The notes beneath the pieces are model-generated. The model saw only the letters and a program-made list of their open reading frames with translations. It did no database searches and was not told the DNA's origin. A program made the position numbers and the translations under genes. Shown one piece after another: positions 25,270 to 37,658 of a stretch of DNA of 64,000 nucleotides. The stretch's first letter is position 1, and each line of letters opens with the position of its first letter. Origin of the DNA: Selaginella moellendorffii (taxonomy: Eukaryota; Plantae; Lycopodiophyta); contig NW_003314303.1 of the NCBI RefSeq assembly GCF_000143415.4, positions 1,177,322 through 1,241,321 of the forward strand. The letters are read 5' to 3'.

Positions 25270-26010
25270 CCATCTTCTTGCTTCTTCCGCAGTGGAGAAG
25301 GCCAGGTTGAATCGCGAGGGCAGCACAAAATCCAGCTAAAGAGACAGTAAGAAACGCACAGGCTTGCTTTGCTTCGAGCGCCTCAATGTAAAACTCGATT
25401 TTTGGAGCGTCCAAGGCATTGGTTGAGCTTCAATCATAGGTTGGAAATTGATTAGCAGTCCATGACGAGACTCTTTCGTGTTTGTTACCTCCCATGGTTT
25501 GCCAAGAGAATTCAAGACGTTTACGAGTGTGGCGTCCGACAAGGGTGCTTCTCCCGCAAATCTCTCGAGCCTCTGTGTAGATAGACAAGATCTTACACAC
25601 CAAGACTTGACAAGAACAATGTACTACACCGTCGAGCCGTATGTGAAGCCAAGGCAAGCGTAGACAGAATCGAAAAGCTCCAAGCACTTCAAGAGCCCCT
25701 CGGCCACCTTGGTTTGAGATTTAAGCAGCGAGATTGCAAGAACAGAATGGAGAGACTTAAGGCAATACCTTCTGCTACAGAAGATGTGAGCACCAGCCTG
25801 TGTTGTCCGGGATAAACAAGTGAGATCGTCAATGATACTGGCCTTCTGAAGAACACCAATCAGTTGCAGTGGAAGCTCTGCAAAGAACAATTATGCTCAA
25901 GACGACAAAGATCTGAGCAAACCTTGATAGGATCTAATGCGATAGTGGGGCAGTGAGCTGTGCAATTTGCTGGTTTCACGGCAAACTCCATGTTTTCTTC
26001 ATGGAAAAAC
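25270..26010 (-). pseudogene. Threonyl-tRNA synthetase catalytic-core relic
   Basis: FAVKPANCTAHC..IRSYQ|ELPLQL.GVL...AHIFC, VYACLGFTY, LGKPWE, APKIEF, LDFVLPSRFNL are colinear with ThrRS KPMNCPGHC, RSYRELPLR, DDAHIFC, GPKIDI, QLDFQLP. Introns kept; frameshifts present. Confidence 0.8.
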
Positions 26011-26049
26011 TTTGCTAGCATGAGCAAACAAAACTACACTTTCACCTTC

Positions 26050-28280
26050 ATGGTTAGAATGTCCCCTTTGATCGGAGCACTTGATCTCAAATTGTAAGAG
26101 TTATATAGTGAAATGGTGTTTAGAATTGCTCAAACAATTATTAACTATCTCATCTTTTTGTGTCAGCTCATTTGAGGTTGCTTTTTTAAGAAACTGATAA
26201 GTATTGAAAACAACAAAACTATAGATAAATACTTAAGAAAAAAAATATGGATTTATGTTTACTTTAAAACCATACTTATAAAGGCTTAAAATTTTTTAAT
26301 CCAATCCCAAGCTAATCTAGAAATCTAATTAAGACATGGTCCTAAATACTCATCCATGTTTTGAGTTTAAATTCCATCAGTAAAGGTTTAAGGTTTGATT
26401 TTTATAGTGGCAATTAGTAGTGAATATACTCCTCAGTAAATACAAAAATATGGCAAGTACATATTATGTGAAACATACATATAAAAAACTTTAGTTTATG
26501 GTATATAAGTTTTTTAAAATAGAAACTACTACTCCCAAAATCATATGGTAGAAAAAAATTCAAGAAAAGTTTATTTTAATGGCTTTTGTTCACAAATATA
26601 ACTCTTTTGGATGTTGAGACTTTTGGCTTTATTAAACTAATAAAAAGTTAACTTAATTTATAATTAATAATATGTTATTAAAACTTATATTTAGTTTTTA
26701 TTTAATTATTTATTATTAATATTGATAGAGAATTATTTTATTTTAAATTTTCAATTTAACTTTTTTAATTATAAGCATAAAGCTGAAATTTATAAATATA
26801 TTAAATTTTATAATTTAGTTACTATTTTTTTATACTTTTTTATTTTTAATGATTTAATTTGGAAAAATTAATATCTTACAACCAAAAGCTATTATTATTG
26901 TAGCTATATATAATTTAATTAAAAAAGTTCACTAAAGATATTTTTTATTTGCAACTTATGCAAATTCAATATAAGCACTTCCTTCATAAAAAAAATATCA
27001 AAGTACTTATTAAATGAAAAATTACATGTTCAACTATAAAAGATATTAAAGGAATGAATATTATATATGGTTTAGAAAATAATCTTGAAATATCTTAGTT
27101 ATTTTAAATAAAAAAATTCTAAATTTTTTAATAAATTATTCAGATTCTACCTCTACATATTATATAAAGTTATATCTTCAATGATTTATACAATTATTAA
27201 TTTTTAAAAGTGATTTATACCATGACTTATCTCTTTTGAAATTTAAAAGTTTCTTAATTTATATTTATATGTAATTATATTTTATAAAAATTTAAAATTT
27301 TAGAGACATATGACTAATAACTAACTAAATATAGAAAAAAAGTTGCTATATAAATGTATTTTTTCTCATTAGTGAAAATGTTCCAGATTAATCTAGAAGC
27401 CTTAGATTTCTTTAAGCATTGCAAAAATCAATATTTACTATGTGGTGGTAAGGGATAAAATATGAATAAATGACATAGATGGTGTTAAAACTATTCAATA
27501 GTTATGTGGAACTTTGGCTTTGAGTCAAGAGATTTTGCAAAGGCTATTATGTCTATATCTGAATATTTTATTTGTGATACTGATAATAATAAACAATCAA
27601 AATTTCTAAACTAACATATATCCATAATTAATTATTTATTTGCATAATCATATAAATTATAATCTGTTAATTATAATAGCTGGCTGCAACCAACTATTTT
27701 ATAACTCAAAATGGCCCTTAATCTCTTTTTTACGTTCAGCCCCAAGAAGTCCACAATTCACCATAATGCCCATGTGATTCCCTCTTATAATCTTACACTA
27801 TATTTTACATTGGTTTATAAACAGCTTATACCTCATTTCAAGGATCACATATATATGTAGGTTTTTTTTGCATGTCAAACCTTCTTGTACTTTTCTAATG
27901 TCACTTATGAGAAAGAAAAAGCCTTATAGAGATGTATAGCAACTTCCAGGATCTTTTGGGGTAAGGAGTTTGTAGAAAAACCATGGCATAAGCTCTACTA
28001 ATTAAAGTTAATGTCTTTAGAATGAAAATCACCAATCTTGAGCACATACCAAAAGCCAAGGATCTTTTAAGCAAATATTATGACCAGACCTCCCAGGATT
28101 TTAGATTGCAATTATTGTAAATTAAAAACAATTTAATTTTTATATAAACAAACTGCTTATGTGTGGTAATTAATAAATCATTTTACATTATGGTGAACTA
28201 AGGTAATATTCTTTGCTGAAACCTTTGGTGGAGCTTTTGAATTACCATCTACTTTGTAGAATATTATAATAAAACTACAT
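26050..28280. other. Very AT-rich non-coding block
   Basis: Abrupt compositional shift. No ORF of 60 aa or more. Confidence 0.7.
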
Positions 28281-29309
28281 GAATCAATCAAGCTATGCTA
28301 AATTCCAGCACATGGGAGCTTCTAGGCTGTGGGTTCTTGTGTGCAGAAGTCTTTTATATCCCATGGGCTATTGAGGCACCTCTTCTCATGAGTATGCCAA
28401 GGACAGCACAATTGAAAGCTCATTTCGCAGCCATGGCTCCCAAAAATGGTATCTCGGTTCTTGTTATGAAGGAAAGCTTCTACTCATATGGCAAACGCGC
28501 TCAACTTAATTCTTAGACTCGCGATAGGATGCAAGGAGCGCAAAGCAGTTGCCCATGAGAGTAATGTCCAGTAAAAAGTATACAGTCAATGATGCCGAGA
28601 ATCTCGAGCGCCTCTTTCACAAGTATGCTGACGAGTTTATTGTAGGGCCTCTACTTGGCTGTGCGATTATGTGCTCGTATGCGCAAGCTGGATGGTTATA
28701 AACCTTAGTGGCGGCGCCGCCATCCTCCGAGGTCGTTGAAGCTTCAAATCTGGTGTTGAAGCCATTCCCGATCCAAGCAAAACACTAGATAAAGATTCGA
28801 TTTGGTATTTTGTGTGGCTCCAAACAAGGTCCGCTAGACATTACTGTGGAAACGTGGTAGAGTTTTCCATGTTCTTTCTCACTGAGTTCCCCAACATGAT
28901 CAAAATCCCTGGATTCTCTCTAAGATGTTGCTTGATCCCAGGAAAATCCTTGAAAGATAGAAAGATCCAAAAAGACTGGATGCCCTTGAATTTAGTACAA
29001 AGAAACACTGCCACTGGCATAGCACGCTGATGCGCTCCACGAGATTTTCTCTTCCATCGATCGAGTACTCCTCTTGGAAGCTTTTCTCTATCCTTTATTC
29101 GTTTTGCAGGAGCTAGCAATCGAATGAATGGCTCTTCTGTGATGCATCCTCGTCGATTTTGGCGCTGGGCGTTTGGTCCATCCAGTGACTTGCCTCACGA
29201 GCTTGACACTGGGGCTCCTTGCTCCTCTTCTTGTCGACATCACTGATGTAAACGTTTTCTACAAAATATAAAGCGAGAAACTGTTTAAGAAGCTTATATA
29301 TATTTTCCT

Positions 29310-29455
29310 GTCCGCGCAAGCTCATGCCGGAGAGATTGAGTCCTCTAACCGAGGAACTGGAGCTGTCGCACGCTACTCCAATCCAGACGCATGGATTGCT
29401 ACTTTGCTGCTTCCAGTCGTTTAAAACTGCTCTCCAGATTGGATCGAAACTGCAA
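29310..29455 (-). pseudogene. LRR N-terminal cap fragment (LRR-RLK-like)
   Basis: DPIWRAVLNDWKQQSSNPCVWIGVACDSSSSSVRGLNLSGMSLRGQ, with no further LRRs. Confidence 0.7.
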
Positions 29456-29905
29456 AAGAACCGCAACCTCGTCCTCAGACTAGCAGTGACACCAAGGAAA
29501 AGAGAAGCAGCGAAAACCATATTGTAGTATTCATTTTTGAGAAATTGAGACGCATTTTCCATGAGACTCACATGGAAACATAAGAACACCTGTGCCCGCT
29601 AGAAGGTGCCGTAGATTCTACGTTACCTTGGAGCTGTTAGTCAATGGGATTTGTTTTGACTAATATGGACTGCTGTTGACTTTTCGAGCTTTTGTGAGCT
29701 CAAAAGCTCTACAATGACGGCTCTAGATTTCTTTTCAGAATTTCTTGGTTCTATCAGCAATTTGTTGAAACATCCTTATTCTGCTAGAGCTTTAAACGCT
29801 TGGATCTTAAGAAGCAATAAAAAACATGCGAGAAAGTGTTTGATTTCTTCTTCCTTTGGAAAGGAACTGTTATTTATTTTTGATTTGATGATCATGAACT
29901 ACTTA

Positions 29906-31395
29906 CTATTGCAAGAATTTGTCCTCCTGGAAAGCTGAGTAAGGTGGCACGTCAAGAGCTGCCTTGGCGATACGTCCATCTTCGTGGATCTTGTTAATCA
30001 GATCCTCTAGCGACGAGAAATTGGCCTGGACAGAGACAACCATTGTTTCTGAAACGAAATGGATAAGGATTGTTTACCTCGGGCCGAATGTAGCCGACAA
30101 CAACGAGCCGGAGCTCCTCTCCGTAAAAATCTTCTGGGAATTCGTGCAATAACCAGGGTTCCTGTAGTAGCAGCACCTGAGCTTCCTTCCTAACAAACGT
30201 AAAACTTGCACTTTACCACTGTTTTTTTCTGCATTGTCGAAATATGGATTCCAGCCGACGCTCATCACCATCTTAAACACTCCCTTGTCCGAAAGCCTCG
30301 CCCAGCCTAGATAAATCCCGCAAACTTGCTCTGCTAGTTGCTTGGAGAATGCTCCAGTTGGGAGATTCGCTGCACAGAAGGAAACAAATGATCAAGCCCG
30401 CCTTGCAAGAAGTTTTACGTACCAGTGGGAATTCCGAGGACTTTGGAGCCTCGACCAAAGCCTCTGATCACGGGTCCAGAGATGTACCAGGGCTCTATTG
30501 GTAGCGCATTTGCTATCCCTGTTGAGAATCCATTCGATCAGGACTGAGAAAAGTTTGATGAGATGACTTACAGTCTTGAAATGGCTTTGCCTGCCGTGAT
30601 ACCACTTCTGTAGAGTCGGATAGTCAGAACAAAATGCCAAGGACTAACTTGAACGTTTTTGAACTTACGGAGAGTCTTCAATGACAAGGCAGCAGCTTGG
30701 AGTGGCATTGAGTCGTGTAGCGGCCTCCAAGAATCTGGGAACATTTTCTTGCTTACAAAAGCCAGGATAAATAAATAAATAAATGTGGCACTTACATTTG
30801 TGGAGAAGGCTTGGGTTCTTGGACCTCATCCACAGCCACAATCACCGGAAAAGTTTCAGTCCAGCCTGAGAAAAATTGTAATATGTAAACAAACGCTTCT
30901 ACCCGGATCAAGTTACCTGAATGTGGAGCGAGTTTTTCTGCAATAGAACTCCAAGAAGTGTTCGAGCCGATCACAATTGGTATCTTGTGCGCAACTAAAT
31001 GTTTGAGAAGACGATTAGCACCTGGGAGCGCTTTAGCGTTTCAGAACCTGTAAATGACCTCTGAAAACAAGGATGCTGTAAAAGATTTACTACCTTCCAC
31101 GTACTAGATCCACGATTTCAGCCATAAACTGCTCCGGAGTGCAAGGAAGCTCATAATCCTCCACAATCGCTGCTACAGCTTGAAGAGGCTTTTTGCCAAG
31201 CCGTTTTTCCAAGTTCCTCCTATCCCACTGTTTGCCATATTTAGCTAGCAAAAACTCCTCACACACTTCGTCCACAATTCTCTCTACAAGGCAAGGACAA
31301 TGGTGTCAGAGCAGCCACGCAAACAAAGAAAACCCACCTGTGTCTAACAATGTCCCGTCCAAATCGAAAATCACATTCGTCATTGGCTCCTCCAT
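29906..31395 (-). pseudogene. FHY/RFK: Bifunctional FMN hydrolase (HAD)/riboflavin kinase, disrupted
   Basis: VIFDLDGTLLDT, KPSP, GFGRGSKVLGIPT, KMVMSVGWNPYF, EPWLLH, VVGYIRPE. In-frame TGA near 31042, an extra A in a poly-A run near 30225, and the end of the HAD domain is missing. Confidence 0.85.
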
Positions 31396-32164
31396 TGCCA
31401 AATTGCTACCCTTGCGCACAAAAATAGTGGAAGCATATTGCGAGAGAATCTTGGTTGAATGCGGCAGCAAACTTTTTTTTAACTTGCAAAACATATGCTT
31501 TTGATTACAGTATTACAGTTCTAGAAAAAGAAAACTCTTAATAGCAAGCACTGATACCACTTCACTTACACGTTACAAGTTCTTCCGTTATAAAACATCA
31601 AAGAAAAGGTTTTGATAGAACTTTGAGGCAACCTTTGCAAGCGGCGATTTAACTTATCACTGCCACCAGTGTTATTGGAATCATGGGCGCTGGAGCGCTA
31701 GAAACTTGGCGATGGATGGAGTGAGCTCGACTCCATCCTCTGGAAAAAACCACTCCTCCAAACTGAGCTAAAAGCTGAGAAAGCGACACCAACCTTTGTG
31801 TTGTTCTTGCGAGACACATCGTGAAGTTGCGCTTCGAGCAAAAAGGGATATGTTGATAGCTGGATGATCTTCACTGTTCGATTGTGCGCGGGCTGCGCTT
31901 CACTCGCTGCCGGGATCGCCTATCACTCAACATCATGTGTGCAATGCGTAGAAAGAAAAATATAGAGTACCTTAAGCCAGTGCTGATCCACGTACTTGTA
32001 ACTCCGATGTCCACCATTCACTTCGGCAACAGATAACAAAAAAGATTTAATGCTTGTGTGTTTGATGCGTTCAGGCTCAGATCACTCGGATTTCCTGCGC
32101 GAAGATCTCATGCATGAGAATTATAAATACCAGAGCGTACTGGCACTTACCTTTTTCTGAAACT

Positions 32165-32959
32165 TTAGACAGCTTGAAGCAGCAGGTTGTAAAACTTGTA
32201 ACGCAAGAAAAACTCGCGGCCCGTGTCGCTCACGGCCTACACCAACCTCCACTCCGGATGCTCTTGAGGTCCTCTCCGCCCGTGTAGTAAGGATCCAGAA
32301 TAAGAAAAGCGCTCTCGCCAGTAAGTTCGTTGTAATCCACGCCAAGTAATGTATATGCCAGGACTCCACCCCCTGTGTTTAACTTCCTTGGTTATAAAGA
32401 GAAAAGATCATATTCTATGCTTGAAGCGTACCGATCATAACTGGAGTGCCTTGCGTGCCGAAATGTGCCGCAAGCTCCTGGCATTTTTCCGGTAAATCTG
32501 CTCACGCTTAGTATCTTCGAAGTCACCTGCAAAGAAACAAACAAGTCATTGAGAGATCAAGAAAACAACAAAAAAGAAGTTATGCTTTGGAGTAGTGAAC
32601 ACGTACCCCGAGAAGTTTGTCTAGTACAAAGCTTAACTCGATCGCTCGAACCCATTCTTGAGATCCAACAAAAGAAGGCTCCTTGTCTCCTATTTCTACA
32701 CGTGTTGCCAGGATCTCTCTGCAAAGTAAAAAGCAAAGAAAGCATTAGTTGCTGACCATTGATGATTACACCTGTGAGAAGGTTCTTTCACAGAAGTGTA
32801 ATGCTGCAGCCTAAACCACGACATTATGGTCTGCAAGGATCGATATGCGCAGCCCCAGCCCTGGAAAGCAAGCAATCCAAAGTCCCGGGAGTTGCAAAAA
32901 AAAGGAAAGCAGATAAATTGTTTTTTTCCTTTGTCGTCCATTCGATCCTGAAGGTAGTG
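32165..32959 (-). pseudogene. UFSP: Ufm1-specific protease (peptidase C78) 3' part
   Basis: [10 protein letters not shown]|[22 protein letters not shown]|[21 protein letters not shown] (DPH changed to DPY). Confidence 0.85.
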
Positions 32960-33499
32960 TATTGGCGATGGCGCCAGAGACTCCCTCGCATCGATGATCT
33001 TGACTCCAAGAACCACGATCGCGATGGTAGAAACAGCTGCGACCACATTCCAGACAGATATTTCAGGAGCACGATTCTTACCAGCGAGGAAGCACGCCAA
33101 GAACAGTGAAAATCCTCGGTCGCTTGGAATCCATGAGAGATCGGCTCGCGCGAGCTTGGATTCCTCGCTCGCCAAGGAGCGCCTCGTCCATTGCTCGTCA
33201 CATGCAAAGTACAAAATTTTCTCAAATAGGGCCTTTCAAGTTCGAATCCCGGGACTTATAAGGTCTCAAGTTCGAATCACGGGACATACAGGGTCTGCAG
33301 TTCGATTCTTGAGAAATTTCCCTGGCTTTGAGAGCTCCAGTGATACTTTAGATAGCTTGAATCAGAGCTGAATGCTTGTTCGTTTCTCTAGAGAATTTTT
33401 TAGTGTTCTTGGTCGTTCCAAATTAGTAACATGTTTTATTTGGTCTGGCCATTTTATCGTTGGCGTCTTCCAGGTACGAAAGCTTTGCATAAGCCGATA

Positions 33500-33900
33500 T
33501 CATCGCGTTCCAGGAGAAAACATTGAGCTCGAGCATGGAGTCGCCAATGCAAGGTACTTATGGTTTTGTGTTCTTGCCGCCCTTTTCTGGAGCACGGAGA
33601 TGACACTGACGCAGCCATAGATTGGATCTTTCACTCGCATGTCCACCTCGTACGCCAAAGTGTTGATGCAATCCTCATGGAAGTAGACGAGGAGCTCGTT
33701 GAGCATCTTCCTCACGTTGGAGACGCCAAAGACGTTGTGAACGTTGGCAAAGCGCTCAGGCTGGTCCGGCAGGAAGTATGGCGCGAACAGGCACTCGGGC
33801 GTGCAGCGCCACTGGAGGTTTCGGCAAGCTGTGCAGGCGGAGGTGGTGCTCGACTGCTGGTGGTGGCTGTGGTGGTGATTTTGAGTTTGAGTTTGGTGGT
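33500..33900 (-). pseudogene. LOB-domain (LBD) transcription factor fragment
   Basis: CTACRNLQWRCTPECLFAPYF...FANVHNVFGVSNV...LAYEVDMRVKDPIYGC. No start codon found. Confidence 0.85.
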
Positions 33901-34244
33901 GATTAGGAGAGATTTTGGTGGTGGGAGGAGAGATTTTGGGGGTGACTTTGGAGATTTTGGTGGTGGTGGTGCGCTTCAGTTGGAATGTCAGTTGATGAAG
34001 AACCGTTTCAAAGCCTTCGTTTTTCCCCCTTTTTTTTGTTTACTTATGCTGATTAAATAAAACTACTTTGCTCATGGCAGTAGCAGTCACCGAAGAGATT
34101 AGTGATACATCAATGTATTCTGGCTATTTATCTGATTATACAACACAAAGAAGTTTCATCTTTGATGAAAGCCCTACTTCTTTACTCTCTATCCAAATTA
34201 TATGTTTGTACAGTTTGGTTACAAAATTATGTGTGAGTGATGTT

Positions 34245-35342
34245 TCAGTGGACAGTTTGCCATGCTCCATTTATACATCGCAGTCGAATCTTTTTTGGCT
34301 CGATCATTATAGTTTTTAAATGCTCTTCTTCCCGCTTTCTTTTCACACACCATTTCCCGGGCTCTGACTGCTGGAAAATCAATTTCAAACTCATTTTCCC
34401 TGCCTTTGTTTGATCCTGGAGCTTTTCCATTGTCAATTCGTGTTGTGGACTGGGCAAATTCCTCACCACCCAAGGATGCTTCTTCACTTTCCGCAAGGAC
34501 AGCCTCTTCTCAGGGTTGATGTTGAGCAAATGCAGAATGAGTTTTTTAGCTTCGTCGCTTATGCCTATCCAATCGAGAGAGCTTATTGGCAAATCCTCCA
34601 AACATCCTAATCTCTTCTCAATTTCCTGCGATGCCAACCTTGGAAATGCACACTTTCCAGACAACATCTCATAAAGAACAATCCCCACACTCCACACATC
34701 AACCCTCTCGTCATAAACATGGCCAGGAGATGACATCTCAGGAGCTCTGTACCTCTCTGTCCCAACCATCCCCCTCATGATCATACCTGGTGGTGACCCC
34801 TTCTTTGAAAACCTTGACGATGTTCCAAAGTCTGCCAACTTTACATTCCCAAATAAGCTTTCCCCAAACCCAAGAAGGATGTTCCCAGGCTTGATGTCCC
34901 TGTGAGTGACACCCCTCCTGTGCATCTTGTGGACTGCCTTGGCCACTTGCTTGATCACAATTGCAGCTTCGTGCTCACTAAGCCTCTTTTTTCTAAGTAG
35001 TACATCTCTTAGTGAACACTGACATAGCTCCATGACGAGATGATAGTAATCCTCATCCCTAAAAACCTCCACAAGCTCAGGTACCATTGCTCCACCACTC
35101 GGACTATGCATCTTTGAGAGATGCACCAGTGCCTCAATCTCTGCCTCGGCTTCTTCTCGTAAGCCTCCATCTGGGAGCATGTCATCGGTGATCGAGTCCT
35201 CAATTGTATAATCACTCACTCGGATTGTTTTACATGCGAAAAACTTGCCATCTACCTTGCGCTTCATCTTGTATACGATTGCTTGGCCACCACGACCGAG
35301 CTCTTCCTCCAGAGTATAAAAGTTCTCTATATCACTCCCCAT
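34245..35342 (-). CDS. Intronless Ser/Thr protein kinase (CAMK/CDPK-PPCK-like, no EF hands)
   Basis: LGRGGQAIV, FACK, HRDIKPGN, LADFG, GTERYRAPE, DVWSVG. Open from ATG 35342. Confidence 0.8.
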   Translation of the reverse strand: MGSDIENFYTLEEELGRGGQAIVYKMKRKVDGKFFACKTIRVSDYTIEDSITDDMLPDGGLREEAEAEIEALVHLSKMHSPSGGAMVPELVEVFRDEDYYHLVMELCQCSLRDVLLRKKRLSEHEAAIVIKQVAKAVHKMHRRGVTHRDIKPGNILLGFGESLFGNVKLADFGTSSRFSKKGSPPGMIMRGMVGTERYRAPEMSSPGHVYDERVDVWSVGIVLYEMLSGKCAFPRLASQEIEKRLGCLEDLPISSLDWIGISDEAKKLILHLLNINPEKRLSLRKVKKHPWVVRNLPSPQHELTMEKLQDQTKAGKMSLKLIFQQSEPGKWCVKRKREEEHLKTIMIEPKKIRLRCINGAWQTVH

Positions 35343-35561
35343 TCTCGCTGCTCTCTGTCCTCTCCTAACAATATACCCTAACAAAAGGATTCCGTAGTAA
35401 AGGCAAATATATTTCTGCGTTATTCTGAGGAAAAATGCTTTAAAAATTAAAAAAATGTATTTCTAGACAGTAAAAGAGAAAACAAGCAAGAAAAGAAAAG
35501 ATACCAGTGCCACCTCCCCAAGATGGAGGAGGCATTCCAAGAACAGCCGGCCCTTCGGCCC

Positions 35562-36045
35562 ACCCGGCCCTTCGTTGGTAATCAGCTCCAGCGTCCTGGC
35601 CAGCTCCTCGTTGCGAAGAACATCACCAGCTTTCGCCAGCTTCCCATTCGGCGAGAGGAACTTTCGAAGCGTTCTGTGAGCTAGAATCCCCTTGAGACTC
35701 TGAGCAATTTCAAATTCCAGGTAAGGTGTTACCACGAATCCATCCCGGGCTAGCTTGATGGCCGGCTCCAAGAGCGATTTCCAGGGCAGCCTTCCAAAGT
35801 GTTGCCACGCGAGGTGGAGTCCAGCGAGCTCGCCAGGAACTCCAGCGGACGAAGCACCATCGACTTTAGAGGATGGCTTCTTTGCGTACATGTCCTGGAA
35901 AAAAAGAGAGGAGTTCTCCGTGGATGGAATGTAATGTAATGAAAGAAAGAAAAAAATTCCAAGTACCTTGGATGCCGCGGCCGGGGCGATCTCGCGCATG
36001 TCATAGGCGATGGCGGAGCCATTGGCGAGTTGCAGGAGCAAGAAC
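35562..36045 (-). pseudogene. Gamma-glutamyl transpeptidase internal fragment
   Basis: AYDMREIAPAAAS, GVPGELAGL, FGRLPWKSLLEPAIKLARDGF, LARTLELI. One intron. Confidence 0.85.
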
Positions 36046-37421
36046 CTCGCAAACAGCCAAACCGGTTGGAGATGAACTGTGACCCTCTGGTAGTTAATGC
36101 ATTGGCAACGCGAAAAAGTGGACGTTCTAGTGGCAAGCCGAGCCGAGAATGCAATGCTCTCCGGAGGTCAACTACAATAACAACACACACTTTGACAGCG
36201 AGTCAAGCAAGTAATAAAAGCTCACCAGAGTCGCGTTCAAGCTGGTTCTTATCGAAGATGGCTGTTACAGGATGCACGCTAGCGGGAACTTTGAAATGAT
36301 ATGGGCGCAACTACGTCGTCCGTGTAAGTAAGCATGGCTCTCTACTCTACTCACGAGTCATACCTGAAGACTGGTATTCCTTGCCGACAAAGCTTTACCA
36401 ATGGATTTCCAGTTGAATCGTCAGAGCACGAGTGATTGTGTTCATCGCTTTGTGCAAGGCGGAGTTCCTGGAAACTAAGCATAGCACGTCCAGGGAAACC
36501 GTGGCTATGTGTAGCAAGGTTCCGTCTGCAGCTATGTAAGGAGAATGAGAAGCGGATAAACAAACCGGCACCACTTACAAGGAGTGTAATGAGATCAGTC
36601 TGCTTGCTTTGCTGCGTCAAAAGCTTGCCAACCGGAGGATGTGCTATCTGGAAAGCAAACTCATCAGAGTTCTTACAAACTTGTGTTTGAGAGCTTACCA
36701 AAGAGTCGAAAAGAGCTGAATCTGGGAACACAGATTGTAGCTCTTCGTTAGCTTGAGAGCGAACGAGAAATCTTCTCGACGATCCTTCCATAATACATAC
36801 AGTGCTTGAGCTCGTGAAACTCTGGGGAAGGTCTCTAATTTTCCCATCCAGCTGCTTCTTAAGATCTAATGTCACACAGTTAGAAAAGTATAAGAGAAAA
36901 AAAGTACCTGAGGAAGTTCCAGAAGATGTGTAGAGCGAGAGGCCAAGCTCGACTTTGACATGAAGAAGCGTGAAACTCTGGGGAAGGTCTCTAATTTTCC
37001 CATCCAGCTGCTTCTTAAGATCTAATGTCACACAGTTAGAAAAGTATAAGAGAAAAAAAGTACCTGAGGAAGTTCCAGAAGATGTGTAGAGCGAAAGGCC
37101 AAGCTCGACTTGACAATGAAGAAGCGCTGTGGATTCCCAAAACTCTTTCGCGGAAAAGGAAGATTGCTCGATCGGTTGTAGGGCCTGAGAGAAGAACGTA
37201 ATGCCATCGCTGGAGCTGGATCGAGTAGCATCATCGTTCGATGAGACCAGAGGCTTTTCCTGGCCACAGCACACGCCTTTGCAGCATCCGATCCAACCAG
37301 CAATGCTCCAATCACTTCCAGCCCCCGGGAAGAAGGATCCGCAATTCACCTGGAATCTCGGATCACGAAATCTCTGTGCCTAGAGCCCTACCTTCCTCAG
37401 CGGCGTAATCTGGATCGCCAT
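36046..37421 (-). pseudogene. UFSP: Ufm1-specific protease 5' part, with an internal 156-bp tandem duplication
   Basis: GLEVIGALLVG, FWESTALLHCQ, HPVTAIF, LHSRLGLPLERPLFRVANAL match the plant UFSP N-terminal region. Confidence 0.75.
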
Positions 37422-37658
37422 CCTTGTAGCGCAGGCAGCGGATCGAGGAAGCGATCGTCCGGGACTCCAATCAGCCACGCCACGCCGGCATTCTCTTGTC
37501 TGTGCTTGGCGAGATCGCACAGCACCCTAAGTTGACTTGCTGACTACCATCATTGACTGACAAGAACTTTGCTTAATTCTTGGGAGTTTTCGCAAATCCT
37601 CCTAGTAATATAGCTGAAACAACACTACTTTCACGCGATTCTTTGCAATTACAACTAT

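Noticed and set aside
28280-29300. Short ORFs between the AT-rich block and the LRR cap fragment
   Set aside because: Probably gene debris, but no family recognised.
33232-33315. tRNA gene call from the GTTCGAATCCC motif
   Set aside because: No cloverleaf, D-arm or acceptor stem. Kept only as a repeat observation.
33560-34060. 166-aa ORF (and mirror 59672-60172)
   Set aside because: Antisense to the LOB-domain fragment.
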